Below, piece by piece: positions 49,000 through 62,135 of a stretch of DNA of 64,000 nucleotides; position 1 is the first letter of the stretch; every line of letters begins with the position of its first letter. Under the pieces are notes generated by a model that was given only the letters and a program-made list of their open reading frames with translations, had not been told where the DNA came from and made no database searches. A program made the position numbers and the translations under genes. Source of the DNA: Amoebidium appalachense (taxonomy: Eukaryota > Protista > Ichthyosporea); contig CAVNZM010000008.1 in assembly GCA_963693365.1 (NCBI GenBank), positions 1,674,001 to 1,738,000 on the forward strand, read 5' to 3'.

Positions 49000-50878
49000 C
49001 ACGCTAAGAACACCCATATACGGAGTGGTATTCTTTCTTGTCCTTCATCGTTTCATACTAGCACCTCCTTTCCCCCCCCCCTAATTTGCACACACACATT
49101 CACCGTTTTGCTCACCTTGCTTGCATAAGCAATCCTGCTCGTCTTTGATCAAGACGGGTTGACCCTCCCAAGTTCAGTTGATGCTGCTGTCTGAGTTGGA
49201 GAGTCGTATATACGCGGGCTAAGGGGTTGATACTCGGACGCAATTGATGCCTTGGGCCATCCCTGAGGATGGGTTCTGCTATGACGCATGCTGTGCGCAT
49301 GGCTGATGTTGCATACTTGAATGTTTGCCTTTACATGTGTCCTTCGTGTATGCGTACTTCGTACCGTGTTCCGCATTCAAACCCCCCCCCCCCCCCCCCC
49401 CCCCCCCGCTGTATGTGACACGTGTTGTCTGTTGGTTCCCCTCCACTTTTGGCCGATATCCACCCTCCACCATCCACCGGTCACCCTTTCCCCACCCAGC
49501 TTCAAGATGTTGTTGTAAATTGCCTAACATGCATACACCCGTGTTTGCATCTGTAGCAAGATCTGACAGGGATTGTGTGCTGGGGGATACACTGGGCACA
49601 GGCGTGCACCTCTGATGCACACAAGCACACCCACACATGTGAACGCCCATATTCGCTCACCCACACCCACACATGTGAACGCCCATATTCGCTCACCCAC
49701 ACCCACAAACGTACAACAACACCACACTTACACGCACATGCACCCGCGTGCGCCCACACACGCACATGAACACCCACACATGCACGCCCACACCCGCACA
49801 AACCCACACACGTGCAGACATACAGGCACACATCACACAAGCACGACAAGCACGATTGATATTATCATGGCCCCATCCACTGACCACATATTATTCCCCA
49901 CGGGTGCCAAAAGAAAGACCCTCTCGTGTTTGTGTGTGTGTTTGTGAAGGGAGGAGGGGGATATGTCGGAGAAAGTAGGGGGGTATCGATATGAAAGTGT
50001 GCTTATACATGAATATGTAAGGCTGACTCTTTGTTACCAACCACACAGGCAGCGTGGGAGGAGCGACAGAGAGAGAAGGAAAAGATGGAGAGGGAGAAGG
50101 AGAGAGAGAACAAGAGACGTCGCAAGGAGGAGAGCGATGAAGATGAAAAGAAAAAAGCAAAGAAGAAGGGGAGGAAGAGAAAAGATAGTAGCAGTAGTGG
50201 TAGTGATAGTTCGAGCAGTGAGAGCGATAGTAGCAGTGGGAGTGAGAGTGAGAGTGAAGACGAAAAGAAAAAGAAGAAGGGTGGAAAGGTGAGGAAGAGC
50301 GAGAGCGAGAGTAGTGGGAGCGAGAGTGAGAGTGAGAGCGAGGGGAAGAAGAGAAAGGGTAAGAAGGGTGGGAAGGGAAAAACGGGTGAAAGTGAGAGTG
50401 AAAGCGAAGATGAGAAGAGAGGAAACAACAAAGGTGGAAAGGAGAGTGAGGATAGAAATGGGAAGAAGGGGGAGGTGAGGAATGAAGAGAGTCCACGGAG
50501 AGAGAGCAGGGGTGAACGTGGAGAGGACAAGGAAAAGCCGAGAAGGAATGACCGAGGCAGTGAGAGCGGGTCTGAGAGTGAAGATGACAGGCGGCCGGCA
50601 AGGTGTGTGTGGTGTTTGGTGTGTGTGGTGTGTGTGTGTGTGCGTGTGTGCGTGGTGTGTGGTGTGTGTGCATGGGTGGGTGGGTGGGTGGGTGGGTGGG
50701 GGGTGGAAGGGTGTGAGAGGGAAGGGGTGGAAGGGTGTGAGATTTGTAGGAGAGTGCAAGTAGGGGTTGAGTGTGCTAGGCATAGGCAGGGGTTGAGGGA
50801 GCTGGTGCCTTTTGTTTTTTCCTTTCTTCCTTTCTTCTTCTTCCGATTTTTTTTGTTCATGTGTGTGTTTGGAGGGGG

Positions 50879-50922
<44 letters not shown>

Positions 50923-51174
50923 GTCGTAAAACTTGGAGAGGATGGTTTTATCTTTGCTAGTAAGTGGGCTGCTTCGTGTGTACAGTGCTCGGGTGTAGTG
51001 AGGGTGTGGGCGGTGTCTGTGGTGTCTGTTTCATGGATGTGTCTGCTGAGTGCATTTTGGCCTATAAGTGTTTACAGTGCGTGTTCTGTGCTGGCTGATC
51101 TTGCAAACGAAATGGGGTTGGTGGTCTTGATTTAGAGATGGGGGGAGAGAGGAGGGAGTGGAAAAATTAACTCT

Positions 51175-51261
<87 letters not shown>

Positions 51262-51382
51262 CAAAGGCAGAGTGCACCCACCAACAAACTGTGCTACCAA
51301 TCTGAGCATACACACAGGCATTGTAACACAATCTCACGCTTCTTCTCTCCCCCCCCCCCCCCCTCCCCCCCCCCCCCCCCAG

Positions 51383-51422
<40 letters not shown>

Positions 51423-52292
51423 AAATACACACTCTCCCGCGTACAGGCGTAGCCCGTCTCCCTCCAAGGCCAAAGACACCAAGGCACCCGCAGCACGCAA
51501 AGCATCCACATCCCCACCACCCACCCGCAAGCCCCGTCACGTCTCGTCAGACGAAAACTCCGGGTCAGACAGTGACTCGGGCCGTGGACAAACCCGAAAG
51601 GACACTCGACCCGACCCACGAAAACAATCTGACGACAGGCGCCCAGGCAGGGACCGTTCGAGTTCACCCTCCGTCTCTCCGCCACCACGCAAACAGCAAA
51701 AGGATGCCTCCCCTAAACGTCGCCCTGCTTCCTCCCCCGAATCCTCTCCTTCCCCTGCACCAAAGAAGCGTGCAGACACACCATCCCCATCCCCTACAGA
51801 GAGAAAACGTCACGGCAGTGAGAGTGAGAGCGGAAGCGAGAGTGAGAGGGAGGGAGAAGGAAAGACCCAAAGCACAGGAGAGGAGGGAGGGAGGGGAGGG
51901 GGGATAGACGGAGAAGTGTAGAGAGGGAGAGGGAGAGGGGACGGGTGGATGATAGAGACGGAGAGAGGGGTCGAGGAAGGGAGGATTTGAGGGGAAGGGG
52001 GAGGGATGATAGGGAGGGAGAGGGGACGCGATGGAGAGATGGAGAGAGACAGGGCACGAGATAGAGGGGGGAGAGACGGGAGAGGGGATGGGCGGGATAG
52101 GGATTATGAGAGAGGGAGGGAGGGGGTGAGAGACAAGGAGAGAGAGAGGGAGAGGGATGAGGGGAGGGACAGAGAGAGGGAGAGGGAGAGAGGACGTGGG
52201 AGGGATGAGAGGGGTGACAGGGACCGGTATGATGAGAGGTCTCGGCGCAGCCCGCCCAGCTACCGCGATAGGAGGGACAGCAGGCGGAGCAG

Positions 52293-52323
<31 letters not shown>

Positions 52324-52373
52324 GGGGGTTGTGGGTGTGGGTGTGGGTGGGTGGGTGGGTGTGTGTGTGTGTG

Positions 52374-52407
<34 letters not shown>

Positions 52408-52853
52408 CTCGAATAGATGATCGATGTGACTATTTCCCGGTCATGTCTGCTCTTCGAGCTTTGAGCGTGGCGAGTCTTTGGCTGGTTTAGAGATGCGAAA
52501 GGATGTGGAGGGAGAGGATGTGGTTCTGGGTGGCCTTGTTTGTATTTGTGTGGGTGTGGGTGTGGGTGCATGTCAACATGCAGGTGTTCGTGTGTGAATG
52601 CACGTGCCCGCGTCCGCGTGCAGGGTTTCTTCCTAATTGGGGGGGGGGGGGGGGGGGAAGGGGGGGGGGGAGGGGGGTTTTAAGGCAGACAGGGTGGGAG
52701 GAAGAGAGAGACAGAAAGAGAGAGAGAGAACGTCTGGATTATTGTCTTTATGCGGGATATGTTTGGGGTGGTGTGTTTGTGTTGGGCACACACTGACTGG
52801 GGGCACACTGCAGGTCACGCAGTCGGTCTCCCCGTCGCTACAGCCGCTACTGA
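46891..52853 (+). CDS. CWC21: CWC21/SRRM2 (SRm300)-like splicing factor; exons 46891-47123, 47355-47441, 48291-48426, 50049-50602, 51447-52292, 52814-52853
   Basis: MYNGIGLTSVRGSGTNGYVQRN and EILEHERKRQIEAKCLELQDELEEKG (cwf21 domain), ETHQLA...YVEGSAFD, then SE/RS/RD-rich tail. GT-AG phases are consistent. Exon 5 has apparent frameshifts in a GA-rich tract. Confidence 0.93.
49091..49381 (+). repeat. ~290-bp dispersed structured repeat in a CWC21 intron (partial copy 48535-48682)
   Basis: Near-identical to the reverse complement of 54925-55216. Confidence 0.85.
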
Positions 52854-54335
52854 TTGGGCAATATCCAAGTTGGGGGGTGGGGGGTGGGCATGGCCACCTA
52901 GACTCACGGTTGCTGCCGTTTTCCCTTTAAAACCATCTTTTTTTGGTTTTTTTTTTTTTTTTGGCTCCATTTTTCTTTTTGACATGGCGCCATGTGCCTC
53001 AGTCAGAAGATATGGTCTGTAGGGGGAGTGGGGATATAGCTCTGGGGATGCATGAGCTTATTGGTTTTTTACGGGTTATTTGAAAATATCCGTTTATCGA
53101 CCTTCAAATTTATTGGTTGTGATGGTGGCCATGGTACGATGGCGGTAAAGAGGGGCCCCAAGGTCATGTATTTTTTGCATGGGCAAATGTGTTATTATGC
53201 CCTGGTGGCTCGGCTTCCCATTCGACGGATCATTGATATCGATCTACTGTGACAATGAATGAAAAATAAATTTGTCAGAGAACGACCCAACCTGTGTTGC
53301 TTTACTAATATCCATGCTACCAGCCACATTGTGGACTCGAGTCGATCCGAGTTAACGTTCCTGTACATGTCCCCTTTGCACTGCACGGGTATACGGACAC
53401 GGGTACATGCATGCCAGTCGACCGTTCCGCGGCCGATCGAAGAGTTCTGCAGGCTGATCAGGAGTCTATTCCTGCGCGCCCTAATCTTAGAGTGCCACCC
53501 CCCCCCCCCCCCCCAATCCATTTTCTCATGTGTCATCCGATATCTGTGTAATGACGTCACACATTGCAATGCCTGAACAAAACAGAAATATGTGACTGAG
53601 GCAAAAAGCATGCGCACATCAAGGCCTCCTAGATAATGCATGCACACCAAGGCCTCCTAGATATATCTTGATGTGCATGCAACCCTGCAACCATTGTCTG
53701 GATCAGTGACATATAGGGCAATTTGGTGCGCGCTATGTTGTAATACGTTGCAAGCCAGCATGTGCACTTCAAGTCAATTCGTGGTTTATTGCACACACAT
53801 CAGATCATACAGAACCACAGGTCCTGTGCCATGAATAGTTACCCACGCGCACATCATACAGCTACATAATTCCTTCACACCCTCTGCTAATTATACCATT
53901 CTGCTATGCCTTTTTATTCGAGCCCGTATGTTCGAATTTGTGTTGGCTTATATAACTTTCAGTTAATTCGAGAAAACACACACGATTTTAACTTTCGTCT
54001 TAACAAATGAACAGGTGTGGTCCTTGGATTTGATAATCCCAATAGAAAACAAAGCTAAAAACCATTACCTCACTCACTTCCACACCACTGGCCTGTAAGG
54101 CAAGCAGTGTTGGGTTTTGCCACAAGAATTGAAATACACACACACAACCACGCCTATATAGACTACTTGGGGACAACGTTTTTAGAAAAACGGACCCCTC
54201 CTCAGGAAACATGCCACATAACATGGTTGGGCTAATTGCTCCATGACTCTTGCTAGATAACCGCGGCAAGAGAGACTTGCAAAGTAGAAAAAAAGAGATG
54301 AAAGAGAGAAAGAGAAAGCACACACGAGGCAAGCC

Positions 54336-54876
54336 CTATGTTGTGGTGTTGTAGGACTGGCCGGTGGGTGTTGACATGCCCCCTGGCATGGATGGCACTG
54401 CACAAACCCAATCGTCAGCAACGGGAGAGAGAAAGAGAGGAGGAAAAAAAAAGAGAGGAAAAAAAAAGGGTGGTGTGTGTGTGTGTGTGCTGGGGGGGGG
54501 GGGGGGGGGGGGGATCTTCCTGTGTCACGAATGGTTTTTATGCAGTGTTTTTGCTTCTGTTCTTCCCCCCCCCCCCCCCCCCCCCAACAACGCAAAAAAA
54601 AAAAGGACACTGGCATTAACCCCCTTACAGGCAGCCCGGGGGGGGGGGGGGGGGGGGGGGGGGGGAAGGGAACAAAGAAACAAGTCAAACGAGAACAACA
54701 AAATTCCCCGCCTGTGTATGCACCTTCCACACCATGGCCCGAATCTGTTTGCCAGTTCCGTGAAACCAAACAATCCCTTTTAGATGCAAGCATTATTGGA
54801 CATGTGTGCGTATGTGTGTATGTGTGTGTGTCCACACTCCATCAGCCTTATTTGATTGGCGATGGTTTTTGTGTTT

Positions 54877-54926
<50 letters not shown>

Positions 54927-56063
54927 GAATGCGGAACACGGTACGAAGTACGCATACACGAAGGACACATGTAAAGGCAAACATTCAAGTATGCAACATC
55001 AGCCATGCGCACAGTATGCATCATAAGCAGAGCCCATCCTCAGGGAGGGCCCAAGTCATCAATTGCGTCTGAGTTTCGACCCCTTAGCCCGCGTATATAC
55101 GACTCTCCAACTCAGACAGCAGCATCAACTGAACTTGGGAGGGTCAACCCGTCTTGATCAAAGACGAGCAGGGTTGCTTATGCAAGCAAGGTGAGCAAAA
55201 CGGTGAATATGTGTGTGGAAACTAATGCAGTGCAGCGGAAAATGCGTATGTGCTTACAGATGCACGACACAGAGCAGCCATGCCCGGTTGCATGGAAGTA
55301 AAGCGGTCTGGGGGGGGGGGACATACTGCCAGGATAGCCACCAGCAAAGGCAGCGTTGTAGGACTGCATGCCTGGTGGAGGCATGCCCCCTGGCATCCCA
55401 CCGGGCGCACCAACACCCTGGAGGCACAGTGTCAGTCTAAAGCAGAAAGAAAACAGGCAGGCACAGGCCAACACATTGTTAACACGATACCCAACGAATA
55501 ACGTCAGTTCAACAGCACAGGAATGCGCTGAAACACGTACTCCCGTTCCAACACACACACAAGCACGCGCTCACGCACACACACACGCACGCACACACAC
55601 ACACACACACTCACACACAATCTACTTCTCCGTGTCTTTCATTTATGAAATATAACTTCATTCTGATCATGACACAGCTCTAAATTTCCAACTGTGTGAT
55701 GATAAAACTCTGTGCAGGAGATACATGGAAAGGAACGGAGATCGCACCTGTCCCTCCATGCCTGCGTAGCCCATAGCTGCCGGGTCAGAATAGCGTGTGT
55801 CATGCTGTGTGTGTGGCCATGTGTTAGCAACCATCCTTAACGGATATATAATTTGTAGCAGTTGGTTGAAGCCATAGAATACAGTAAGCAGGAAACACAC
55901 AAGGAACGGGCAGAGAGAAAGGGAGATAGTGACGGGTGGGGAAGTGGAAGGGTGGAAAAGGAAAAAAATTAGGGAGCGATAAAAACAACAAACAACATAC
56001 ACACATACGGGGAAGGAAGAAGAAAAGAGAAAATAAAAAAGAAAAAGCACCCCCCCCCCCCCC

Positions 56064-56098
<35 letters not shown>

Positions 56099-57919
56099 CG
56101 CCCGCTCCAGGGGTCGAACCTGGGATCTTCTCCTTAGGAGGGAGACGCGTTATCCACTTCGCCAAGCGGGCGATGCCGATGGCGTAAGTGCCAGATAAAC
56201 ACATATTCGTAACACACACACAGCTCAGCTACAAAAGATGATATAGGGTCATGCACGTTGTTTGTGCACTTACAAACGAACCGTGTGGGTGTGTAAGGGG
56301 ATGAGTACCATTGGCGGGTCCGGCGCGTTCAGACAGGCCTGGATCAGGTTCTTGCCCTCAGGCTTTGTGATGAGTGGCTGCAGCTTGGGGGTGGCAAACG
56401 TGTACACGTGGCCCGTCTCCGAGGCTACAAGCAGAAGCACCTGTGTGCCTGAAGGGGAAGATGTTTTTTTGGTCAGCACACACCAACCTAAGCTGAGTTC
56501 ACTAACCAGAAAACTAAAATCACCCCCATGAATGCCTTGACAGTATCTCTTTGTGTTGTGCTATGGCAGGAGTGTGTGTTTCTGTGGCGAGCCCCCCCCC
56601 CCCCCTCTGGAACTGGGCATGCAATGCGTGCCCAAGCAACACCAGACGCACCAACACGTACCTGTCAGTGTGCTAAGTTCGTAGGCCTTCTTCATGATAC
56701 CGGCCTTGCGTTTGCTGCAGTGGCCCACACACTCCCGTTAGACCCTTGTCAACCATCCACGGCTACCTTCTCTTTGATAGCTTCACATCTACGAATGCTG
56801 CCTTCATGTTTAAGAGTGGAGCTAGGGAAAGGGAGAGCTGAGGTGGCCACACCTCCACATGAAAGATTAAACAGACACAATTTAGCCCACTGAACAAGCA
56901 ACCAAAAAAAAAAAACAGGAGGAAGTAAACGTGACCAGAAAAGCACAACCCAACCACATGGGCGCACTCGGTGTGTGCCCCAAACCTGCCATAGCAGTAT
57001 TACAGGCTACGATGTATAAGAAAAAACCAAGACCAAACGTGCGCCCACCTGAAAGTGATGTGCCGTCTGCTCTTGTCGTCGATAAACTCAATAGGGATCT
57101 TTCTCCGTCCCCCTGTCTTGCGTTCAGAAACTTCGTCTCCCTGTGAGAACCCTCAAGGTCAGCCACAGGACCGCCCCCCTCCCCCTGCATGCAACCGTGC
57201 ACCAAACACATCGTGAATCCGTCTGCAGCTAAAAAAAATCCCCTCTCCCTTTTCACGGAGCAGCAACTGCACTGATAGAAAGCTCCCAGGACAAACCACA
57301 AACGTTTGCCATCACCTGGATGTAAACAGGGCTATATAATGCTTCACAGTGTCTAAGCTGACAGAGACAAGCACATTGTTGAGCAAAAGCAAGGTTCACG
57401 TCACCCAGCAGTTGCTGGCTGCCACAGTGAACCTTCTTCCCACGTTAAAACCATACCACATCGCTGTCCATACAAGGGAAAGTACTTACATCACTCGTGT
57501 CGATGCCCCTCTTCAGACCCTGTGTGTGCTCACCCAGGTCTGTCCCCACACTCGCAGTCAAGACCAAAGCCAACACAAAAGAAAGAATAACAAACGGAGC
57601 CAATGGACTAAAAGGAAGGTGGGGAGGACGGGGGGGGGGGGGGGACCCCAAGTTGCAGAGATGAAAGAAGGGCACTATAAATAACAACTGAAAACTGTTG
57701 AGGCAAACAGCAGGCGAAATGGTGATTGCACGAAATTGAATAAGCGCACAGTATCCTTTATGCGAATTGGTACCGTGTTAATAATAAAGGACATTGTATT
57801 GTATCCGTTTTGTTGCATTGTACCCGAACCTTGCTACTAACGATTTGCATAGTGCCTATTAAGGCAATAGTTGGATACTTACAGGTCTCGCCGGGAACAA
57901 GGGAGTTTTGATCAGCCAT
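54336..57919 (-). CDS. SRF: SRF/Mcm1-type MADS-box transcription factor; exons 57919-57883, 57539-57490, (57315-57304?), 57140-57049, 56714-56662, 56448-56309, 55804-55748, 55417-55327, 54397-54336
   Basis: Spliced translation GRRKIPIEFIDDKSRRHITFSKRKAGIMKKAYELSTLTGTQVLLLVASETGHVYTFATPKLQPLITKPEGKNLIQACLN (MADS plus SAM domain). The terminal exons are less certain. Confidence 0.93.
54925..55216 (-). repeat. Second full copy of the ~290-bp repeat, in an SRF intron
   Basis: Reverse complement matches 49091-49381 with a few substitutions. Confidence 0.85.
56099..56171 (-). tRNA. tRNA-Arg (CCT), intronic in SRF
   Basis: GCCCGCTTGGCGAAGTGGATAACGCGTCTCCCTCCTAAGGAGAAGATCCCAGGTTCGACCCCTGGAGCGGGCG folds as a cloverleaf, has A/B boxes and is followed by a T-run terminator. 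Confidence 0.95.
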
Positions 57920-58676
57920 AGTTGCTGTCTGCTCTTGCTAAGCACACGGAGTAGTCTCTGTGGGGCGGAAAAGTGAGCAACAGTATAGACTAGGCTACGA
58001 GTCGCACGTTCAGGTAAAACGAAATCGTCAAGTAAGAAAATAAGATAAAAAGAAACAGATTGTAACAGACGTAAACAAACCAGCATACTAAAGCATATTT
58101 TTTGGGAATTGACTGTCTGGCTAACTTAGTTTTAAAATTAAAACAACTCCTTTCAAAGAGTCTTTGAGTTTCAACATAAACAGCTTGCGTTTAAACAACT
58201 TCCAAAAAATAAAGACGTTGCCTCGGAACCCATATATTTCACTTACCGGGTAGCCAATTCCAGGTTCCTGTGAGTGTGAAGAAGGGTTCAACAAACTGCC
58301 CCCGTATAAACATAGTACAGCTCATGTGTCTAGTTCACGACACAATAACTTGCTCGTGTCCCCTAGATCTCACCAAAGCATAATTGTTCCTCGCAAACTA
58401 GCAGTCTCTTTATGTTATTGCCTTTATCTCGTTAGTTATTAGTTGGCCTCTCAAGAAGTAAGAAAAACACGAAACTGAGCCCACCCCGGTTGACAACCCC
58501 CCTTCTTCACACCTACTTCCCCTCGCCTTTCCCTCCCTCTCACACCCTCTTCCCTCCTCCCACCCTCTTCCTCGCCCTCTCGCACAACTCTCATCTTTCC
58601 CAACCGAACTCTTTGTTTTTCGCGCTTACCTTTTCACCGTTTGCAGTTTCAAAACTTGGCGGTTAGCGCGAATACG

Positions 58677-58808
58677 CCCAAAAAGGAGAAGGGAAGACCG
58701 AATTTGGGGGTTGGGACAAACATGGAAGAGACCAAGCCAACTTTGGGCTGCCACATGCCATAATAAGGAGCATAGCTCTAATGCACCAATCAGCGCGCTC
58801 AAATAAGG
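58677..58808 (-). promoter_or_regulatory. Putative SRF promoter with clustered CArG-like boxes
   Basis: Five 1-mismatch CC(A/T)6GG sites and a CCAAT motif upstream of a 5'UTR donor at ~58628. Confidence 0.4.
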
Positions 58809-59802
58809 AGGGGGGCAATGCTTTTGTGATGCAAAACACCTCGGCGGTTTGGCGACGGGAGGCGTTTTTGCTTTGTATGTTTGGTTAAATTGGCGTTTTT
58901 GTTTTCATTTAGATATATTTCTATATCTTATATATATTCTTTGTGCTTTAGATGTATTTTCAAAACAAAGTTGCAGGGTTAGTGCTATTGTAAAATTGCT
59001 ATGTCTGTCGATCTGCTATTCACAAAGAGGCATTTGCCCACCTCCAACTGTCAGCCAGCCCGGCAGGCGACCGTTGCCCTTCCGGCGGGAAGGCGAATTC
59101 GTTTCACAACCGTCCCGAGCAACAGTAGAATGTGAAGTTTCAACACTTGGGTCGGCAGTAGGCGATTACATATTACAACGTCACAGTAGCGCATTCAACA
59201 TGCACGGCATTCACACGGACGGTCTCCCGGTTCGCCATTTGAAAGGCAGTTCCCGGGTTTGGGCAACCCATGGCCAGCTGTCTGTTTTACACAAGATGAT
59301 AATAAATTATCTGCAACGATCATTATGCAGGCTCAGGACAAGTCCCTACCCACATTCCTCATTAAACCCCTACCGTTGCCTCCCATTCACGCGGTTACAC
59401 GTACTTTTTTTGAAAAGGGCACCTACATACTTACCTACCCCCCTCCCCCCCATCCCTTCCTATAGCTGAGCGCTTTTGATTTCCCTTTCCAAGCAGCTTA
59501 CCCAAGGCTGAGCTATTCAAAGGTTTGTCTTTTCGCTCCTAAAACCCTTCCTCCTCCCCCCACCATCACACACGCCAGCGCGGGGCACCGGAGACATCTC
59601 TCCCTCCCCCCAACCGTGTGTGTGCCCTTTGACGGTGTGTGCTTGTGTGTGGTAAACTTTCTCGATCTCGTGTACATGTGTGCTTGTGTCTGGAAGTATT
59701 GGGATTGAAGCCAAAGGAGCTTCGGGTGGGTGTACACGTACGTGCACACGTGTACACGTGTACACCGCAGGGGGGGGGGGGGGGCATGCACGCACACGTG
59801 CA

Positions 59803-59850
<48 letters not shown>

Positions 59851-60565
59851 GTCCTGTGTCTAAAACGCACACACATGCATGGTACGGCGCTAATTTAGCG
59901 TGTGTTTGTGCACACGTTGCACAAACACACGTGGCACGTGTATCACGCACTAACAACTAGTTGAGCTTGTTGCTGTTTTTGAGAGTAGCAGTTGGGACAA
60001 TTTGGGGTTGGACGGCGTTGGCACCCATGTGTGTTAGGCTGCCATCTCAAAGCCACGATTGTAGTACTGCCGGGTAGACGGTAATGCCACGGTGGAGGTC
60101 TAGCTCGACATGTTTGTAAAAGGGTGCAAACGGCTTTGCCTTAGCCGTGGTGCTTGTATCTTGTTGGGCGGGTGTGGCGTCCTACTCTGACGGAGGCCTT
60201 GCATCACGGCTTTTTTCAGAGGGCCGTGCTTGCATGCTGTGGCGGGGGGCCCAGCAGGGTAGGGATTACGGAAACAAATCGTCGTGATTACGATTATCGA
60301 GGGACCCCGATACGAATAAGGTCAATATTTCTGTTCAAGAACAGCACATTCCCCCCCAAGAACATATCTACAGCGCTTCTCATGTGCAATATCGAGCCCC
60401 GATAAGTTTCCAGGGCTTGTAATCTTGCGGTCCTCAATTTGTAAAAACACGTATTTTGAGTTTTGCGACTGGAGGGGCGTTTTAGGCGGGGCTTGCAGCT
60501 CAGCCTCAGCCCGCCGCCGGCCTGCCGGCCCCACCGGCGGCCCCCCTTCCATTTCTCCAGAAATA

Positions 60566-62098
60566 CCCTATATCGCTCATCACCGTGGTATCTCCCAGTT
60601 ATCACCGGTTATCACCGATGTCAGAAAATTTCACGCGTTGACAGATCTGTGATATGATCGTAATATCACGGTGATAGCTTCTCGCTAAACCTGCACTCAT
60701 GTCAGCTGGCGAATCAGGAGCCGGTGATAGCACACTGATATTACCATTTTGCCATTGGGTCAACAAAACTGTACGCACCAACTTGAAAGTCAATCAGAAC
60801 ATTCTACGTAGACGATTGCAGCATTATCACGCAAAAATATTATCAAGTTATAAAAAAGTTTCATTTGATTGAGAGTTTATCACGAAGAAAATTTGCCCCC
60901 CCCCTTATTTACGGACAACCAGAACGGATGATTGGATTTCTCTTGTTATTGACTAAACATACACTCGACAAATGGCGCAAAGTCAGTGTGGCTGCTTTGC
61001 CACATCTGCAGCAAAAAACTTATTGGATTTCGGAGGTTTACAGAAAGTATATAAAGCTTCAAAATTGTCCAGTGCAACTTCGTAGCCGGCCCTAGTACCG
61101 CCTTGTTGGTAGGCACAGTTCATCGTGCCTGCTATCATATGTTTCCGACTTCCTTCACCCAATAGTGCAAACCAGGAGATGGAGGCACATCTTGGAGAAA
61201 AGCCCAAGGGGGGAGCAGCACTCCGAGACGGAGGTGAGTATCTTGTTTTAAATGACATGCATGTACACAGTACGAAGTGTAAAGGCCTTAGGCTGAAGGA
61301 TATTAATTAACTATACAACTGTTCCTTAAAAAGGAAAGGAAGACCCATACTCATGTTTTTGATAGAGTAAGAACACGTGAATAAATGCAGAAAAACTGTT
61401 CCAGAGTTGGTTGTCCAGAGTTGTGAAATGCTGTGTGCGCACATTTGCGAACCGTCCCATAACTGACACAGCGATATCACAGCGATATCTCAGCGATATC
61501 ACCTATTACCAGCGATATCACGGTGATTTATTCAATAGGACCAGGATGTAATCCAATCATGGCATGCAGTGCACACATGCACTCTCTTGTTGCCGAAAGC
61601 GTTCAGACAATACAACATGAGTAAATAGAGTGCGGGCTGTAATAGGACATTTGGTATACCAGTTAAGGAATGAATGTGACTGCTTTACTGAACATGCACT
61701 TTTGTACGACCCTTACGTGGTGACAGGGGGGGGGGGGGGGGTAGGCAATGCATAATCGAACAGTTAACATGAGCCATCCAGATAAAATTAAGACAGTGTG
61801 CATGTTGTTGCATGGCCCCATTCAATATGTACGAATGCACAGATGCGCAACTGTATCGTAAGCCTTAACAGATGGGCTTTGATCGACAAATTATCTGTGC
61901 TTGTAGTTTTCATTGAGCGAGTAACTAAGATATTTTACCACACCACACCCACAGCCCACCCCCCCCCCCCCCCCCCCCACCCCCCCTTTGTACACACACA
62001 CCGTGACACACAGCCCACCCTCCCCACCCCCCCTTTGTACACACACACACGCACACACGCACACACACACACACACATGCACACACACAAACACACAA

Positions 62099-62135
<37 letters not shown>

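Noticed and set aside
51840-52020. Frameshifts/stop in CWC21 exon 5 as pseudogenisation or recoding
   Set aside because: They lie in GA-rich, homopolymer-prone sequence, and RD/RS coding resumes downstream with correct splice phase. Consensus error is more likely; reads are needed.
55040-55130. Hammerhead ribozyme in the intronic repeat
   Set aside because: GAAAC and a stem III-like pairing exist, but there is no CUGANGA core in the required position.
58849-60405. ORFs 58849-59469 and 60154-60405 as genes
   Set aside because: Non-ATG starts, no recognisable domain and no convincing exon chain.
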